A stretch of 64,000 nucleotides of DNA from an uncultured Bacteroides sp. (GCA_944319875.1 CALUFR010000027.1:725-64724), one strand, 5' to 3'. Counted from the stretch's first letter, positions 19,257 through 30,991 are shown. The notes: generated by a model not told the origin, from the letters alone. Numbers and translations are program-made.

Positions 19257-21875
19257 ATGAACGAAGATATTGTCCTGACCCCGATGATGAAGCAGTTTCT
19301 CGACCTCAAGGCGAAACACCCCGATGCCGTGATGCTGTTCCGTTGTGGAGACTTCTACGAGACTTATTCGACCGATGCCGTCGTAGCCTCTGAAATCCTG
19401 GGCATCACGCTGACCAAGCGCGCCAACGGCAAGGATAAGACCATCGAGATGGCCGGATTTCCCTATCATGCGCTCGATACGTACCTGCCCAAGCTGATCC
19501 GTGCGGGCAAGCGTGTGGCCATCTGCGACCAGCTGGAGGATCCGAAACTGGCGAAGAAACTGGTGAAGCGCGGCATCACGGAGCTGGTGACCCCGGGTGT
19601 CAGTATCAATGACAACGTACTGAACTACCGCGAGAACAACTTTCTGGCTGCCGTACACTTCGGAAAGGGAGCTTGCGGCGTGGCGTTTCTCGACATCTCG
19701 ACGGGCGAGTTTCTGACGGCGGAAGGGCCTTTTGACTATATCGATAAGTTGCTGAATAACTTTGCCCCCAAGGAAGTGCTCTTCGAGCGGGGCAAGCGGC
19801 CGATGTTCGAAGGAAATTTCGGTAGCAAGTTCTTTACCTTCGAGCTGGACGACTGGGTATTCACCGAAAGCACGGCGCGTGAGAAGCTTTTAAAGCATTT
19901 TGAAGTGAAGAACTTGAAAGGCTTTGGTGTGGAGCATCTGAAGAACGGTATCATCGCTTCGGGAGCCATCCTGCAATACCTTATCATGACGCAACACACG
20001 CAGATAGGCCACATCACGTCGCTGGCTCGCATCGAGGAGGACAAATATGTCCGTTTGGACAAATTCACCGTGCGCAACCTTGAGTTGATGGGCTCGATGA
20101 ACGACGGCGGAAGGTCGTTGCTCAGTGTCATCGACAAGACCATCTGTCCCATGGGAGCCCGTCTGATGAGGCGCTGGCTGGTCTTTCCGCTGAAAGACGT
20201 GCGTCCCATCAACGACCGCCTGGACGTGGTGGAGTATTTCTTCCGCGAACCCGACTTCAGGGACTTGGTGGAGGAACAGCTTCATCGCATCGGTGACCTG
20301 GAACGCATCCTGTCGAAAGTGGCCGTGGGTCGCGTCAGCCCCCGCGAGGTAGTGGCGCTGAAGGTGGCCCTGCAGGCCATCGAACCCATCAAGCAGGCCT
20401 GCCTCGAAGCCGACAATGCCAGCCTGAACCGCATCGGCGAGCAGCTCAATGTCTGCCAGTCTGTCCGCGACCGTATCGGCCACGAAATCAACAATGATCC
20501 GCCGTTATTGGTCAACAAGGGTGGGGTCATCAAGCAGGGTGTCAACACTGAGCTCGACGAGCTGCGTCAGATAGCCTATAGCGGTAAGGATTACCTGCTC
20601 CGGCTCCAGCAGCGCGAGAGCGAACTGACGGGAATTCCGAGCCTGAAGATTGGCTATAACAATGTCTTCGGCTATTACATCGAGGTGCGCAATGTTCATA
20701 AGGATAAAGTGCCCCAAGAATGGATACGCAAGCAGACGTTGGTCAACGCCGAACGCTACATCACGCAGGAACTGAAAGAGTACGAAGAGAAGATACTTGG
20801 TGCGGAGGACAAGATACTGGTGCTCGAGACACAACTCTACAACGAACTGGTGCAGGCCTTGAGTGAGTTTATTCCCGCTATTCAGATTAATGCCAATCAG
20901 ATAGCCCGTCTCGACTGCCTGCTGTCCTTTGCCGCAGTCGCACGCGAAAACCATTATATCCGTCCTGTCCTTTCGGACGATGATGTGCTCGACATCCATC
21001 AGGGGCGTCATCCTGTCATTGAGAAACAGTTGCCCATCGGTGAGAAATACATTGCCAATGATGTCCTGCTCAACAGTCAGACACAGCAGATTATCATTAT
21101 CACGGGTCCCAACATGGCCGGTAAGTCGGCTCTGCTCCGTCAGACAGCGCTCATCACCCTCATGGCACAGATAGGTTGCTTCGTGCCCGCCGAGAGCGCG
21201 CACATCGGACTGGTGGACAAAATATTTACCCGCGTGGGCGCCAGTGACAACATTTCCGTGGGCGAATCGACTTTCATGGTAGAGATGAACGAGGCGGCCG
21301 ATATCCTGAATAACTTATCATCGCGCAGCCTCGTGCTCTTCGACGAACTGGGGCGCGGCACTTCTACCTATGACGGTATTTCCATCGCTTGGGCCATCGT
21401 GGAGTATATCCACGAACACCCCAAGGCAAAGGCACGCACGTTGTTTGCTACCCATTATCACGAACTGAACGAGATGGAGAAGAGCTTCAAGCGCATCAAG
21501 AACTACAACGTGGCGGTGAAGGAAGTGGATGGTAAAGTCATCTTCCTGCGCAAACTGGAGCGGGGTGGGAGTGAGCACTCCTTCGGTATCCATGTGGCTA
21601 AGCTGGCTGGTATGCCCAAGAGCATCGTGAAGCGAGCCGACGAAATTCTGAAACAGCTCGAGCGGGAGAATCGCCAGACGGGCACCGTCACGGGCAAAAC
21701 CATCACCGAAGGCCCCTCCTCGGCAGGCGGTATGCAGCTCAGCTTCTTCCAACTGGACGATCCCGTCCTTTGCCAGATACGCGACGAGATTTTAAATCTT
21801 GATGTCAACAACCTGACACCCATAGAGGCGCTGAACAAGCTGAATGACATCAAGAAGATTGTAAGGGGAAAGTAA
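19257..21875 (+). CDS. mutS: DNA mismatch repair protein MutS
   Basis: [39 protein letters not shown] motifs. Confidence 0.98.
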   Translation: MNEDIVLTPMMKQFLDLKAKHPDAVMLFRCGDFYETYSTDAVVASEILGITLTKRANGKDKTIEMAGFPYHALDTYLPKLIRAGKRVAICDQLEDPKLAKKLVKRGITELVTPGVSINDNVLNYRENNFLAAVHFGKGACGVAFLDISTGEFLTAEGPFDYIDKLLNNFAPKEVLFERGKRPMFEGNFGSKFFTFELDDWVFTESTAREKLLKHFEVKNLKGFGVEHLKNGIIASGAILQYLIMTQHTQIGHITSLARIEEDKYVRLDKFTVRNLELMGSMNDGGRSLLSVIDKTICPMGARLMRRWLVFPLKDVRPINDRLDVVEYFFREPDFRDLVEEQLHRIGDLERILSKVAVGRVSPREVVALKVALQAIEPIKQACLEADNASLNRIGEQLNVCQSVRDRIGHEINNDPPLLVNKGGVIKQGVNTELDELRQIAYSGKDYLLRLQQRESELTGIPSLKIGYNNVFGYYIEVRNVHKDKVPQEWIRKQTLVNAERYITQELKEYEEKILGAEDKILVLETQLYNELVQALSEFIPAIQINANQIARLDCLLSFAAVARENHYIRPVLSDDDVLDIHQGRHPVIEKQLPIGEKYIANDVLLNSQTQQIIIITGPNMAGKSALLRQTALITLMAQIGCFVPAESAHIGLVDKIFTRVGASDNISVGESTFMVEMNEAADILNNLSSRSLVLFDELGRGTSTYDGISIAWAIVEYIHEHPKAKARTLFATHYHELNEMEKSFKRIKNYNVAVKEVDGKVIFLRKLERGGSEHSFGIHVAKLAGMPKSIVKRADEILKQLERENRQTGTVTGKTITEGPSSAGGMQLSFFQLDDPVLCQIRDEILNLDVNNLTPIEALNKLNDIKKIVRGK

Positions 21876-21916
21876 AAAATTGCTGTATTATCAACTCTAA
21901 TACACCCCCCTGTAGG

Positions 21917-21950
21917 GGCTGTGCCAAACGTTATCGTTTTGACACAGTCC
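21917..21950. terminator. Imperfect palindrome between convergent mutS and lgt (possible bidirectional terminator or REP-like element)
   Basis: ctgtgccaaacg-ttat-cgttttgacacag. Confidence 0.45.
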
Positions 21951-22845
21951 TTGTTCGTCCGTAGAAAAACATAAAGTAGAGCCCGATGAGGACGAAGGGT
22001 ACGCTGAGCCACTGGCCCATATTCAGCGCCATGCCGTCCTCGAAGTTCACCTGGTTCTCTTTGAGAAACTCGAGAAAGAAGCGGAAAGCGAAGATTTACG
22101 TCCGGCAGAGGCCGCAGAAGAAACCGCGGTGATAGGGTAGAGTAACCTGTGTATCGGTTTTAGCGGCCTTGCTGAAATCGGTGCGTAGAGCAGCGGGAGC
22201 TTGCTTCTGACCGTGTCGGTAGAGCCACACCATGCCGAGGAAGAAAATGAAATAGGCAATGGCTTCATAGAGCTGTGCCGGATGGCGGGGTAGCATATCC
22301 ACGCGTTCGAAGACAAAGGCCCAGGGTACGTCTGTCGGCCGGCCGATAATCTCGGAATTCATCAGATTAGCCAGGCGGATGCAGCAGGCGGTGATGGGAG
22401 TGGCTACGGCAATCATGTCGAGCACGTCCATGTAGTGCATCTTCGTCTTGCGGCAGTAGAACCACAAAGCAAGGATGAGACCCAATGTACCGCCGTGGCT
22501 GGCCAGCCCTTCATAGCCTGTAAACTTCCATCCGCCGTCGGGCAGGAACTTCACGGGGAGAATCATCTCCCAGAAGTGGTGCAGGTAGTAGTCGGGCTGG
22601 TAGAAAAGACAATGACCCAAGCGGGCACCAATAAGGATGCCGAAGAAGCAGTAGAGAAACAGCGGGTCGAACTTCTCGTCGGCGATGCGCTGATCGCGGT
22701 ATTCTTTCCGCACAATGAAGTAGGCAAAAGCCAGTCCGATGACCCATAGCAGGCCATAGTAACGAATGGAGATACCGAACAGGTTGAACAGTTCGGGATC
22801 GGGGTTCCAATTGATGCTGAGTAAGGGTGTCATAGTTCGAAACAT
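21931..22845 (-). CDS. lgt: Prolipoprotein diacylglyceryl transferase, interrupted by an in-frame TAA at 22096-22098 (probably a sequence error)
   Basis: [27 protein letters not shown] motifs; the frame continues after the stop as [15 protein letters not shown]...[10 protein letters not shown] to TAA at 21931. Confidence 0.9.
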
Positions 22846-22852
22846 TGGTTGG

Positions 22853-23767
22853 TTAGTTGTGATGTTGGAATTTTTGTGCCACCATGCGGTAGGTGGGGAC
22901 GTCGATTCCTTTGGCTTCGGCGGCAGCAATCAGGTCGAAAAGCAGACCCTGCACCTCGCTCTCGTGGCCGCGTGCCATGTCCTTCTGCATGGAGGCGGTA
23001 CTCTGCGGATCCAGTTTGTCGATGACTTTCAGGTTGTATTCCACCAAATCAGCGGGAATGTCTATGCCCAGTTTGCGACCCAGTTCGGCACTCTCACGAG
23101 AAAGACCGATGAAAGTGTCGCGTACTTCACCCGGCTTCTGTACTTCGCCCATAGGCACGTCATAATAGGCTCCCGTTACGGCCATGGCCGAGATAAACGA
23201 CCACTTAATGAAGGTGTCTCGGTTGATGTCATCAGAGATTTCGGCCTTGATGCCGCTCTCCTGCAAGTCGCGTTGCACGGCCTCCAATGTTTCACGGGAA
23301 ACAATCGTGCCTTTGTGTGCTCCGTACACCAGGCGGAATATCTTGCCCATCTGCGTGATTTCTCCTTTTCCGCTGAGAAAGCCCACGATGTAGATGCAGC
23401 CGTCCAACACCGTCACGCCGGGCACCAGACGTTGGATGCGGGGACCTGTCCCGTAGACGTTAAGGATAGGAATGACGACGGTTTCGGGTTTCGAGGCCCG
23501 CCGGATGAGATCGGTGATAGAGTCTACCGAATAGCCTTTTACGCAGACGAAGATGACGTCTGCCTTTCCCTGATATTCCTCGGCCGTACAGGCAGGAATA
23601 TGCAGGGTGTGTTCCCCCTTGAAATCGGAGTGGAGGCGGAGTCCGTACTCACGGATGGCGGCCAGGTGTTCACCGCGTGCGATGCAGGCCACGTCTTTGC
23701 CTGCCAAGGCGAGAAATCCGGCGATGCTACCTCCTACGCCTCCTGTTCCTGCTATAAGATACTTCAT
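22853..23767 (-). CDS. panE: 2-dehydropantoate 2-reductase (ketopantoate reductase family)
   Basis: GTGGVGG Rossmann motif, VCVKGY, SMQKD...ESE motifs. Confidence 0.85.
   Translation of the reverse strand: MKYLIAGTGGVGGSIAGFLALAGKDVACIARGEHLAAIREYGLRLHSDFKGEHTLHIPACTAEEYQGKADVIFVCVKGYSVDSITDLIRRASKPETVVIPILNVYGTGPRIQRLVPGVTVLDGCIYIVGFLSGKGEITQMGKIFRLVYGAHKGTIVSRETLEAVQRDLQESGIKAEISDDINRDTFIKWSFISAMAVTGAYYDVPMGEVQKPGEVRDTFIGLSRESAELGRKLGIDIPADLVEYNLKVIDKLDPQSTASMQKDMARGHESEVQGLLFDLIAAAEAKGIDVPTYRMVAQKFQHHN
23288..23303. other. parS-like centromere site inside panE
   Basis: TGTTTCACGGGAAACA, 1 mismatch to TGTTTCACGTGAAACA; encodes VSRET. Confidence 0.65.
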
Positions 23768-23801
23768 GGTGGTATTTGTTATTAATGGTTGGTGGTATAC
23801 C

Positions 23802-24905
23802 TTACACATTGAACCGGAAGTGCATGATGTCACCATCCTGCACTACGTAATCCTTACCCTCCACGGCCAGTTTGCCAGCTTCGCGTACGGCGGCTTCGCT
23901 ACCATATTTTATATAGTCGTCGTACTTGATAACCTCGGCACGGATGAATCCTTTCTCGAAGTCCGTGTGGATGACACCGGCGCATTGAGGGGCTTTCCAG
24001 CCTTTGCGGTAGGTCCATGCCTTGACCTCCATCTCGCCGGCGGTGATGAATGTTTCCAAGTTCAGGAGTTTGTAGATGGCTTTGATGAGGCGGTTGCATC
24101 CGCTTTCTTTCAGGCCGAGGTCTTCGAGGAACATCTGTTTCTCTTCGTAGGTCTCCAACTCGGCAATGTCGGCCTCGGTTTGGGCGGAGATGATTATCAG
24201 CTGGGCATCTTCGCCTTCGATGGCTTTGCGTACTTGCTCCACGTAGGCGTTTCCGGTGGCGGCGGAAGTGTCGTCCACGTTGCACACATAGAGCACGGGT
24301 TTGGTGGTCAGTAGGAACATCTGGCGGGCGCAGGCTTCTTCATCCTCATTTTGCGGGATGACGGTGCGGGCACTCTTGCCCTGCTCCAGTGCTTCCTTGT
24401 AGCGGAGCAGCAGTTCGTATTCCAACTTGGCGTTCTTGTCACCGCCTACCTTTGCCTGCTTCTCTACTCGTTTGATGCGGTTTTCCACCGTCTCGAGGTC
24501 TTTCAGCTGGAGTTCGGTGTCGATGATTTCCTTGTCGCGCACGGGGTCTACCGAGCCGTCTACATGCACGATGTTGCCATTGTCGAAGCAACGGAGTACG
24601 TGGATGATGGCGTCACACTCGCGTATGTTGCCCAAGAACTGGTTGCCCAGTCCTTCGCCCTTACTGGCACCTTTGACGAGTCCGGCGATGTCCACGATGT
24701 CGCACACGGCGGGCACGATGCGTCCCGGATGAACCAATTCGGCCAGTTTCGTAAGCCGTTCGTCGGGCACGGATACTTGTCCCATTTGCGCGTCGATGGT
24801 ACAGAAAGGAAAATTCGCCGCCTGCGCCTTTGCGCTGGACAGGCAGTTGAAGAGTGTGGATTTTCCCACATTGGGGAGGCCCACGATACCTGCTTTTAAT
24901 GCCAT
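23802..24905 (-). CDS. ychF: Redox-regulated ATPase YchF (Obg family)
   Basis: GIVGLPNVGKST, ANFPFCTI, DIAGLVKGASKGEGLGN, C-terminal TGS domain. Confidence 0.97.
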   Translation of the reverse strand: MALKAGIVGLPNVGKSTLFNCLSSAKAQAANFPFCTIDAQMGQVSVPDERLTKLAELVHPGRIVPAVCDIVDIAGLVKGASKGEGLGNQFLGNIRECDAIIHVLRCFDNGNIVHVDGSVDPVRDKEIIDTELQLKDLETVENRIKRVEKQAKVGGDKNAKLEYELLLRYKEALEQGKSARTVIPQNEDEEACARQMFLLTTKPVLYVCNVDDTSAATGNAYVEQVRKAIEGEDAQLIIISAQTEADIAELETYEEKQMFLEDLGLKESGCNRLIKAIYKLLNLETFITAGEMEVKAWTYRKGWKAPQCAGVIHTDFEKGFIRAEVIKYDDYIKYGSEAAVREAGKLAVEGKDYVVQDGDIMHFRFNV

Positions 24906-25042
24906 AGTTATCTTGTTTTTGATTATTGTTCAGTTAATTGCCTGCAAAGATAACGCTTTTTCTTTTTTTCAAGGGTATCCGATGCAGAACTTCCGCATGA
25001 AGCAGGTATCCGGAGCCGGTTTTCCGGCAGGTGGGAGGCTGT

Positions 25043-25085
25043 AAAAAAGAAAGACGCACCCTGATGTGGGGTGCGCCCTTCTTTC
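25043..25085 (-). terminator. Intrinsic terminator after the DUF3836-like gene
   Basis: cgcaccc/gggtgcg stem; A-tract on + strand is a U-tract on the - strand. Confidence 0.6.
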
Positions 25086-25097
25086 TATATATTCCGT

Positions 25098-25481
25098 TTA
25101 TAGGTTGGCATTGTCTACGGTTACGGTCATTTCGGGCACCAGTACATATTTTCCTTTTTTCTTGTTCCACTTGTAGTACTCGGTTGTGAGGCTCTTGCCT
25201 TGATACAGATAGTGGATGCAGATGTCCTTTTCCCATTTGTTGAGATCGCTGTTCCACTTCATCGCTTCGCTTTCGGTCATGCGATTCTGGTCATCGTACT
25301 TGTAGTTGTACTTCATGTAGTTGGAAAGCAGGTTGCCGTCCGTCTTGTAGACTGTTTGTCCTACCATCATGCCGTTTTCTTCTTCCGAATTGTAAATAAG
25401 GTTGTTTTCATTGTAAGCCGAAGCGCTCAGCATACAGGTGAAGAGAAGAGTAGAGAAAATCAATGTTTTTAAAAGTTTCAT
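25098..25481 (-). CDS. DUF3836-like exported protein
   Basis: Signal peptide, YNYKYDDQNR..E..KWN repeats. Confidence 0.7.
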   Translation of the reverse strand: MKLLKTLIFSTLLFTCMLSASAYNENNLIYNSEEENGMMVGQTVYKTDGNLLSNYMKYNYKYDDQNRMTESEAMKWNSDLNKWEKDICIHYLYQGKSLTTEYYKWNKKKGKYVLVPEMTVTVDNANL

Positions 25482-25649
25482 AGCTGTTATGTTTTTGGGT
25501 TTATATTTACATATTTCTTTTGATTTCATCTGAAATCGGGTACAAAGGTAGTGATTAAATTGACACTATGTACTAAAATCGATAATATCTTATCAAAATG
25601 TCAATATTTGCCATTTGCTTGCGCTTTCGTTTTGACAATATGGATGAAT

Positions 25650-25685
25650 AAAAAACTATCCGGCAGAGGTCTTGCCGGATAGTTT
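25650..25685 (-). terminator. Intrinsic terminator downstream of polA
   Basis: aaactatccggca/tgccggatagttt 13-bp stem plus A-tract. Confidence 0.75.
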
Positions 25686-25760
25686 AGTTTGCAAAGTGGT
25701 TCGGAAAGGATTTTCCGGCTTTGCTTTCTGATTGTAAGTTAAAGTTTGTTATTGGCCTGT

Positions 25761-28607
25761 TTAGTGAGCTTCCAACCAGTTCTTTCCCCACCCACAATCG
25801 GCTTTGAGAGGCACGTGCATGCGGTAGGCGTTCTCCATTTCTTCGATTACAATTTTCTGTACGAGCTCTTTTTCAGCCGTTGGAACACTGAAATTCAGTT
25901 CGTCGTGAACCTGTAAAATCATCTTTGCTTTCAGATTGTTACTTTGAAAGCGTTGATAGATGCGTGCCATGGCCACTTTGATGATGTCGGCGGCACTTCC
26001 CTGGATGGGAGCGTTGATGGCGTTTCGTTCGGCATAGCCGCGCACGACGGCGTTGCGCGAGTTTATGTCGGGCAGGTAACGTTTGCGGTGGAAGATAGTC
26101 TCCACATAGCCTTGTTCGCGAGCCACATCGATGCTGCGATCCATGTAGGCCTTTACGCAGGGGTAGGTGGCGAAATAACCGTCTATCAGCTCTTTGGCTT
26201 CCTGGCGGGAGACGTTCATGCGTTCGGCCAAGCCGAAGACGGAGATGCCGTAGATAATGCCGAAATTGGCCGTCTTGGCCTTGCGGCGCATGTCGGAGGT
26301 TACTTCGTTTATACCTATTTTATATATCTTGGCGGCGGTGGCGGCATGGATGTCGTGTCCCTTGACGAAAGCTTCAATCGTGTTAGGGTCCTGGCTGCGG
26401 TGAGCCATGATGCGCAGCTCGATTTGCGAGTAGTCGGCCGAGAAGAATTCACAACCGTCATCGGGGATAAAGGCTTTGCGGATTTCTTTGCCGTCTTCGT
26501 CACGGATGGGGATGTTTTGCAGGTTGGGATTGCTCGAGCTGAGTCTGCCGGTGGCGGTGACGGCCTGATTGAACGATGTGTGGACGCGGCCCGTCCGCGG
26601 GTTGATGAGTTGCGGCAGAGCTTCGACATAAGTGCCCAGCAACTTCTTCAGGCCTCGGTGCTCCAATATCTTGCCCACGATGTCGTGCTTTCCGCGCAGG
26701 CTTTCGAGTACTTCTTCGGAGGTAACGTATTGTCCGGTCTTGGTCTTTTTGGGTTTCTGCATCAGCTTGAGGCGGTCGAAGAGCACTTCGCCTACTTGTT
26801 TCGGTGAGGCGATGTTGAAGGTTTCGCCTGCCAGTGCGTAAATGTCTTCTTCAATCTGCCGGATGCGGGCGTTGAAATGTGCGGCCGATTGCTTCAGGGC
26901 TTCGGTGTCCAGGCGGACGCCATTACTTTCGATGTTTACAAGGACGGGGACGAGCGGCATCTCTATTTCATAGAAGAGGTGCTCCACGCCTTGCGCCTTG
27001 AGTTCTTTCTCGAGTACGTTTTTCAGTTTCAGTGTGACGTCGGCATCTTCGCAGGCATAGCGATAGACTTCGGTGGGGGTGAGGTCACGCATGTTTTTCT
27101 GTCCTTTGCCTCGTGGGCCGATGAGTTGGTCGATGTGGATAGTGCGGTAGTGCAGATAGATTTCGGCCAGATAGTCCATGTTGTGACGGAGCTCGGGTTG
27201 GAGCACGTAGTGGGCGATCATGGTGTCGAAGAGCGGGCCTTGCACACGGACACCGTAGTTCTGTAAGACAATCATGTCGTACTTGATGTTTTGTCCCACT
27301 TTGACCGATTGCGCATTTTCATAAAGCGGGCGAAGCTCATTCACTATTTTTAAGGCTTCTTCACGATCGGGCGGAACCGGCACATACCAAGCCCGATTTT
27401 CGGCGTCACTGAAGCTCATGCCCACCAGTTCGGCCTCCATCGGTTCGGTGCCCGTGGTTTCCGTATCTATTGCAAGAATTTCCGTTGTCAACAACTTTTG
27501 AATAAATTCGCGCCTTTTTTCTTCTGTATCAACGAGTTGATAGTCTGTATCTATTGTTTCTAAGCTGCTGAGAATTGAATTTTCGGCGCCGCCCGACCCC
27601 TCGCTCGCAAATAACGCAAAGAAATCGCCTTGCGAAGCTTCGCTTTTCGTCTCTTTTTGTTTCGCAGAGGCTTGGGCAAAGAGGGGCAAAGCGGAAGTGT
27701 CGCTCAGTGAAGGTGAGGGTGGGGGAGTGGCGTCTTTCCCCAGCACGCGGTCGATGAGCGTGCGGAACTCCAGCTCCTCGAAAATCTTTCGAAGTGCTTC
27801 CTTGTCCGGCTCTTCGCGGACGAGAGCCTGCATGTCGAGTTTGATGGGGACGTCGGTCTTGATGGTGGCCAGGAATTTGGAGAAGACGATTTGCTCCTTG
27901 TTTGTTTCTACCTTCGTTTTCAGTGCGCCCTTCAGTTGGTCGGTGTGAGCCAGCAAATTTTCGATGCTTCCGAACTGGGTAATGAGTTTCTGCGCTGTCT
28001 TCTCGCCTACGCCCGGGCAGCCGGGGATGTTGTCCGATGCGTCGCCCATCAGGCCGAGCATGTCGATGACTTGGGTGGTGGACTGGATGTCGAACTTGGC
28101 TTTGACCTCGTCTGTGCCCATCACCTCGAATCCGCCTGTATGCTTAGGGCGGTACATGAAGACGCGCTCGCCCACCAGCTGACCATAGTCCTTGTCGGGA
28201 GTCATCATGTAGGTAGTGATGCCCCGGCGTCCGGCCTCGGTGGCCAGCGTGCCTATCACGTCGTCGGCCTCGTAACCCGCCACTTCGAGGATGGGGATGC
28301 GGTAGGCGCGGATGATGTCCTTTATGATAGGTACGGAGAAGCGGATAGCTTCGGGCGTTTCCTCACGTTGGGCCTTGTATTGTTCATAGGCCTCGTGGCG
28401 GAAGGTGGGACCGGCAGGATCGAATGCCACGCCGATGTGCGTGGGTTTCTCCTTTCTGAGCACCTCTTCAAGGGTGTTGACGAAGCCCAGGATGGCCGAC
28501 GTGTTCTGGCCTTTGGAGTTAATTCGCGGGTTCTTGATAAGCGCATAATAGGCGCGGTAAATGAGCGCGTATGCGTCGAGCAGGAAAAGTTTATCGGTTG
28601 AATTCAT
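25761..28607 (-). CDS. polA: DNA polymerase I
   Basis: 5'-3' exonuclease (YEADDVIGTL), 3'-5' exonuclease (DTET), polymerase motifs DYSQIELR and QVHDEL. Confidence 0.98.
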   Translation of the reverse strand: MNSTDKLFLLDAYALIYRAYYALIKNPRINSKGQNTSAILGFVNTLEEVLRKEKPTHIGVAFDPAGPTFRHEAYEQYKAQREETPEAIRFSVPIIKDIIRAYRIPILEVAGYEADDVIGTLATEAGRRGITTYMMTPDKDYGQLVGERVFMYRPKHTGGFEVMGTDEVKAKFDIQSTTQVIDMLGLMGDASDNIPGCPGVGEKTAQKLITQFGSIENLLAHTDQLKGALKTKVETNKEQIVFSKFLATIKTDVPIKLDMQALVREEPDKEALRKIFEELEFRTLIDRVLGKDATPPPSPSLSDTSALPLFAQASAKQKETKSEASQGDFFALFASEGSGGAENSILSSLETIDTDYQLVDTEEKRREFIQKLLTTEILAIDTETTGTEPMEAELVGMSFSDAENRAWYVPVPPDREEALKIVNELRPLYENAQSVKVGQNIKYDMIVLQNYGVRVQGPLFDTMIAHYVLQPELRHNMDYLAEIYLHYRTIHIDQLIGPRGKGQKNMRDLTPTEVYRYACEDADVTLKLKNVLEKELKAQGVEHLFYEIEMPLVPVLVNIESNGVRLDTEALKQSAAHFNARIRQIEEDIYALAGETFNIASPKQVGEVLFDRLKLMQKPKKTKTGQYVTSEEVLESLRGKHDIVGKILEHRGLKKLLGTYVEALPQLINPRTGRVHTSFNQAVTATGRLSSSNPNLQNIPIRDEDGKEIRKAFIPDDGCEFFSADYSQIELRIMAHRSQDPNTIEAFVKGHDIHAATAAKIYKIGINEVTSDMRRKAKTANFGIIYGISVFGLAERMNVSRQEAKELIDGYFATYPCVKAYMDRSIDVAREQGYVETIFHRKRYLPDINSRNAVVRGYAERNAINAPIQGSAADIIKVAMARIYQRFQSNNLKAKMILQVHDELNFSVPTAEKELVQKIVIEEMENAYRMHVPLKADCGWGKNWLEAH

Positions 28608-28694
28608 ACGTTTTATTCTTTTTTGCAGGGTAAAAGTACAAAAAAATATGCGATTAACCGTTTTATTACTATTTTTGTGCCCAAATATTGTTTC

Positions 28695-29669
28695 ATGGAT
28701 ACATCATCAGTCATACAAGCTCCCATTTTTGCTGAGTTGGAAGACTTCAGACAGCTTTTTTCAGGCTCGCTTTCCAGCTCCAACCCTCTGCTGAACAGTG
28801 TAATAGAGCACATTCGTCAGCGGAGCGGGAAGATGATGCGTCCTATTCTGGTGTTGCTTTCGGCCAAGCTATGCGGGGGTGTCAATGAGGTGGCGCTCCG
28901 TTCGGCCGTGGCGCTGGAACTCTTGCATAATGCCAGCCTGGTGCACGATGATGTGGTGGACGAGAGTGGCGAGCGTCGCGGACAGCGTTCGGTCAATGCT
29001 GTATTTAATAATAAGGTGGCCGTGCTTTCGGGCGACTATCTGCTGGCTACGGCGCTGATGCAGGTGGCTCTGACACGCAATCATGAGATTATTGACGTCG
29101 TTTCAGCCTTGGGTCAGGACTTGGCCGATGGAGAATTGCTTCAGCTCTCCAATGTAGACAATGCCGATTTTTCCGAGTCTGTTTATTTTGAGATTATCCA
29201 CAAGAAAACGGCGGTGCTTTTTGCTGCCTGTACCAAGTGTGGCGCCCTGTCGGCCGGAGCCTCTTCCGAAATGGTGGAGAAAGCGCGTCTGTTCGGTGAA
29301 TACATCGGGCTCTGCTTCCAAATAAAGGATGACATCTTCGATTATTTTGAAAACAAGCAGATAGGAAAGCCTACGGGTAACGATATGCATGAAGGTAAAC
29401 TGACCCTTCCTGTGCTTTATGCGCTCAATGCCACGGGCGATGAAGAGGCTCGTGCGATAGCCCTGCGGGTGAAGTCGGGTCATGCGTCTGCCGATGAAAT
29501 CAGCCGTTTGGTGGCTTTCACCAAGGAGAATGGCGGCATTGAATATGCCGAGAGGGTGATGCTCGACTACCGTGCGAAAGCTTTTGCATTACTGCCTGCT
29601 ACAGGCATGGCGGATGTTTGTCGGGCGCTGGAGGCTTATCTGAATTATGTGGTGGAAAGGCAGAAATGA
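28695..29669 (+). CDS. Polyprenyl diphosphate synthase (IspB-like)
   Basis: GKMMRP, HDDVVD and FQIKDDIFD aspartate-rich motifs. Confidence 0.9.
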   Translation: MDTSSVIQAPIFAELEDFRQLFSGSLSSSNPLLNSVIEHIRQRSGKMMRPILVLLSAKLCGGVNEVALRSAVALELLHNASLVHDDVVDESGERRGQRSVNAVFNNKVAVLSGDYLLATALMQVALTRNHEIIDVVSALGQDLADGELLQLSNVDNADFSESVYFEIIHKKTAVLFAACTKCGALSAGASSEMVEKARLFGEYIGLCFQIKDDIFDYFENKQIGKPTGNDMHEGKLTLPVLYALNATGDEEARAIALRVKSGHASADEISRLVAFTKENGGIEYAERVMLDYRAKAFALLPATGMADVCRALEAYLNYVVERQK

Positions 29670-29685
29670 ACATTGATATGATAGA

Positions 29686-29720
29686 AAAAGGCCGTTTTCT
29701 CATTCGGAAAGCGGCCTTTT
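29686..29720. terminator. Bidirectional terminator between the polyprenyl synthase gene and deoC
   Basis: aaaaggccg...cggcctttt hairpin. Confidence 0.75.
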
Positions 29721-29745
29721 GTTTTTGTGTTCCTTTGCGTTTCGT

Positions 29746-30648
29746 TTAGAAGAATTTTGTCTCCTTGCCCAATATGTCGCTCAGCAGTAGGTTAGCCAGG
29801 CGGCTGGTGCCTAAGCGGAACAGTGTGTTGTTCAGCCATTCCTCACCCAGCACTTCCTTCACGATGGAATAGTAGATTAGGGCATCGTTCACCGTGTTGA
29901 TGCCTCCGGCAGGTTTGAAACCTACTTTTCTGCCTGTTTTTTCGTGATATTCCTTAATGGCTTGACACATGACGTAGGCTGCCTCGGGTGTAGCGGCGGG
30001 CTGCTGTTTTCCGGTTGATGTCTTGATGAAGTCGGCACCGGCGTACATCGATAGAATCGAGGCTTTTTTAATGTTCGAGGCCGTGCGGAGGGCACCCGTC
30101 TCGAGGATAACCTTCAGGTGCTTGTCCTTGCAGGTCTCCTTTAGCTCTTGTATTTCGTCGCATACGCTTTCATAGTCGCCCACGAGGAATTTGCCAACGG
30201 AGATGACGATGTCTATCTCGTCGGCTCCATCCATGACGGCCATGGCAGTCTCAGCCACTTTCACTTCGGTAAATGTCTGCGAGGAGGGAAATCCGCCCGA
30301 CACGCAGGCTATTTTCACGTCTTCTACCTCAAGCGTGTCTTTCACGATTTCGGCAAAGTTGGGGTAGACACAGATGGCGGCTACGTTCTTCAGGTCGGGA
30401 AATTCTTCGTCGAAGCGGTTTACGTTTTGAGTGAATCGCATCACACTCTCGTCGTTGTCCGTAGTGTTCAGTGTGGTGAGGTCAATGCAATGGAAAAGGA
30501 ATTTCTTAATCTCAGGTGTATCGTTTTCTGCCACTTTCTGTTCGATGATGGCTTTCACTTGTGCGGCTACTTCCGCATCGTCGAGGCTGGTATTGTATTT
30601 GGCCAGCGCTTCGTCATACTTGCTTTGAGTGGGCTCTTTACTTTCCAT
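29746..30648 (-). CDS. deoC: Deoxyribose-phosphate aldolase
   Basis: IDLTTL, GADEID, KVILETG, DFIKTSTGK, GFKPAGG motifs. Confidence 0.95.
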   Translation of the reverse strand: MESKEPTQSKYDEALAKYNTSLDDAEVAAQVKAIIEQKVAENDTPEIKKFLFHCIDLTTLNTTDNDESVMRFTQNVNRFDEEFPDLKNVAAICVYPNFAEIVKDTLEVEDVKIACVSGGFPSSQTFTEVKVAETAMAVMDGADEIDIVISVGKFLVGDYESVCDEIQELKETCKDKHLKVILETGALRTASNIKKASILSMYAGADFIKTSTGKQQPAATPEAAYVMCQAIKEYHEKTGRKVGFKPAGGINTVNDALIYYSIVKEVLGEEWLNNTLFRLGTSRLANLLLSDILGKETKFF

Positions 30649-30973
30649 GTTCTTTCAGTTTAGGGTTGTTGATATGTCTGTCTTGATCTCGTTTCGTTTT
30701 CTTTTCAATACTGCGCCGGAAGGCCTCGGTCAGGTCGGTTCCTGTCTGGTTGGCGATGCAGAGCAGCACCCAGAAGACGTCGGCGATTTCTTCGTCCAGA
30801 TTGTCCTTTTCACCGGCTTTGAACGATTGGTCGCCGTACTTGCGGGCCATGACTCGGGCCAGCTCGCCTACTTCTTCGGTCAGTACGGCCATATTGGTCA
30901 GTTCGCTGAAGTAGCGCACGCCGTATTGCTTGATCCACTTGTCCACCTGTTGTTGTGCTTCTTCCAGTGTCAT
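30638..30973 (-). CDS. MazG-like nucleotide pyrophosphohydrolase
   Basis: EEVGELAR and EEIADV motifs. Confidence 0.9.
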   Translation of the reverse strand: MTLEEAQQQVDKWIKQYGVRYFSELTNMAVLTEEVGELARVMARKYGDQSFKAGEKDNLDEEIADVFWVLLCIANQTGTDLTEAFRRSIEKKTKRDQDRHINNPKLKEHGK

Positions 30974-30991
30974 ATCGTTTTGTTTTGAAGT

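Noticed and set aside
26378..26402. Unusual polA residues AHRSQDPNT where AHLS..M is expected
   Set aside because: Two clustered single-base changes like those in lgt; most likely consensus errors, not biology
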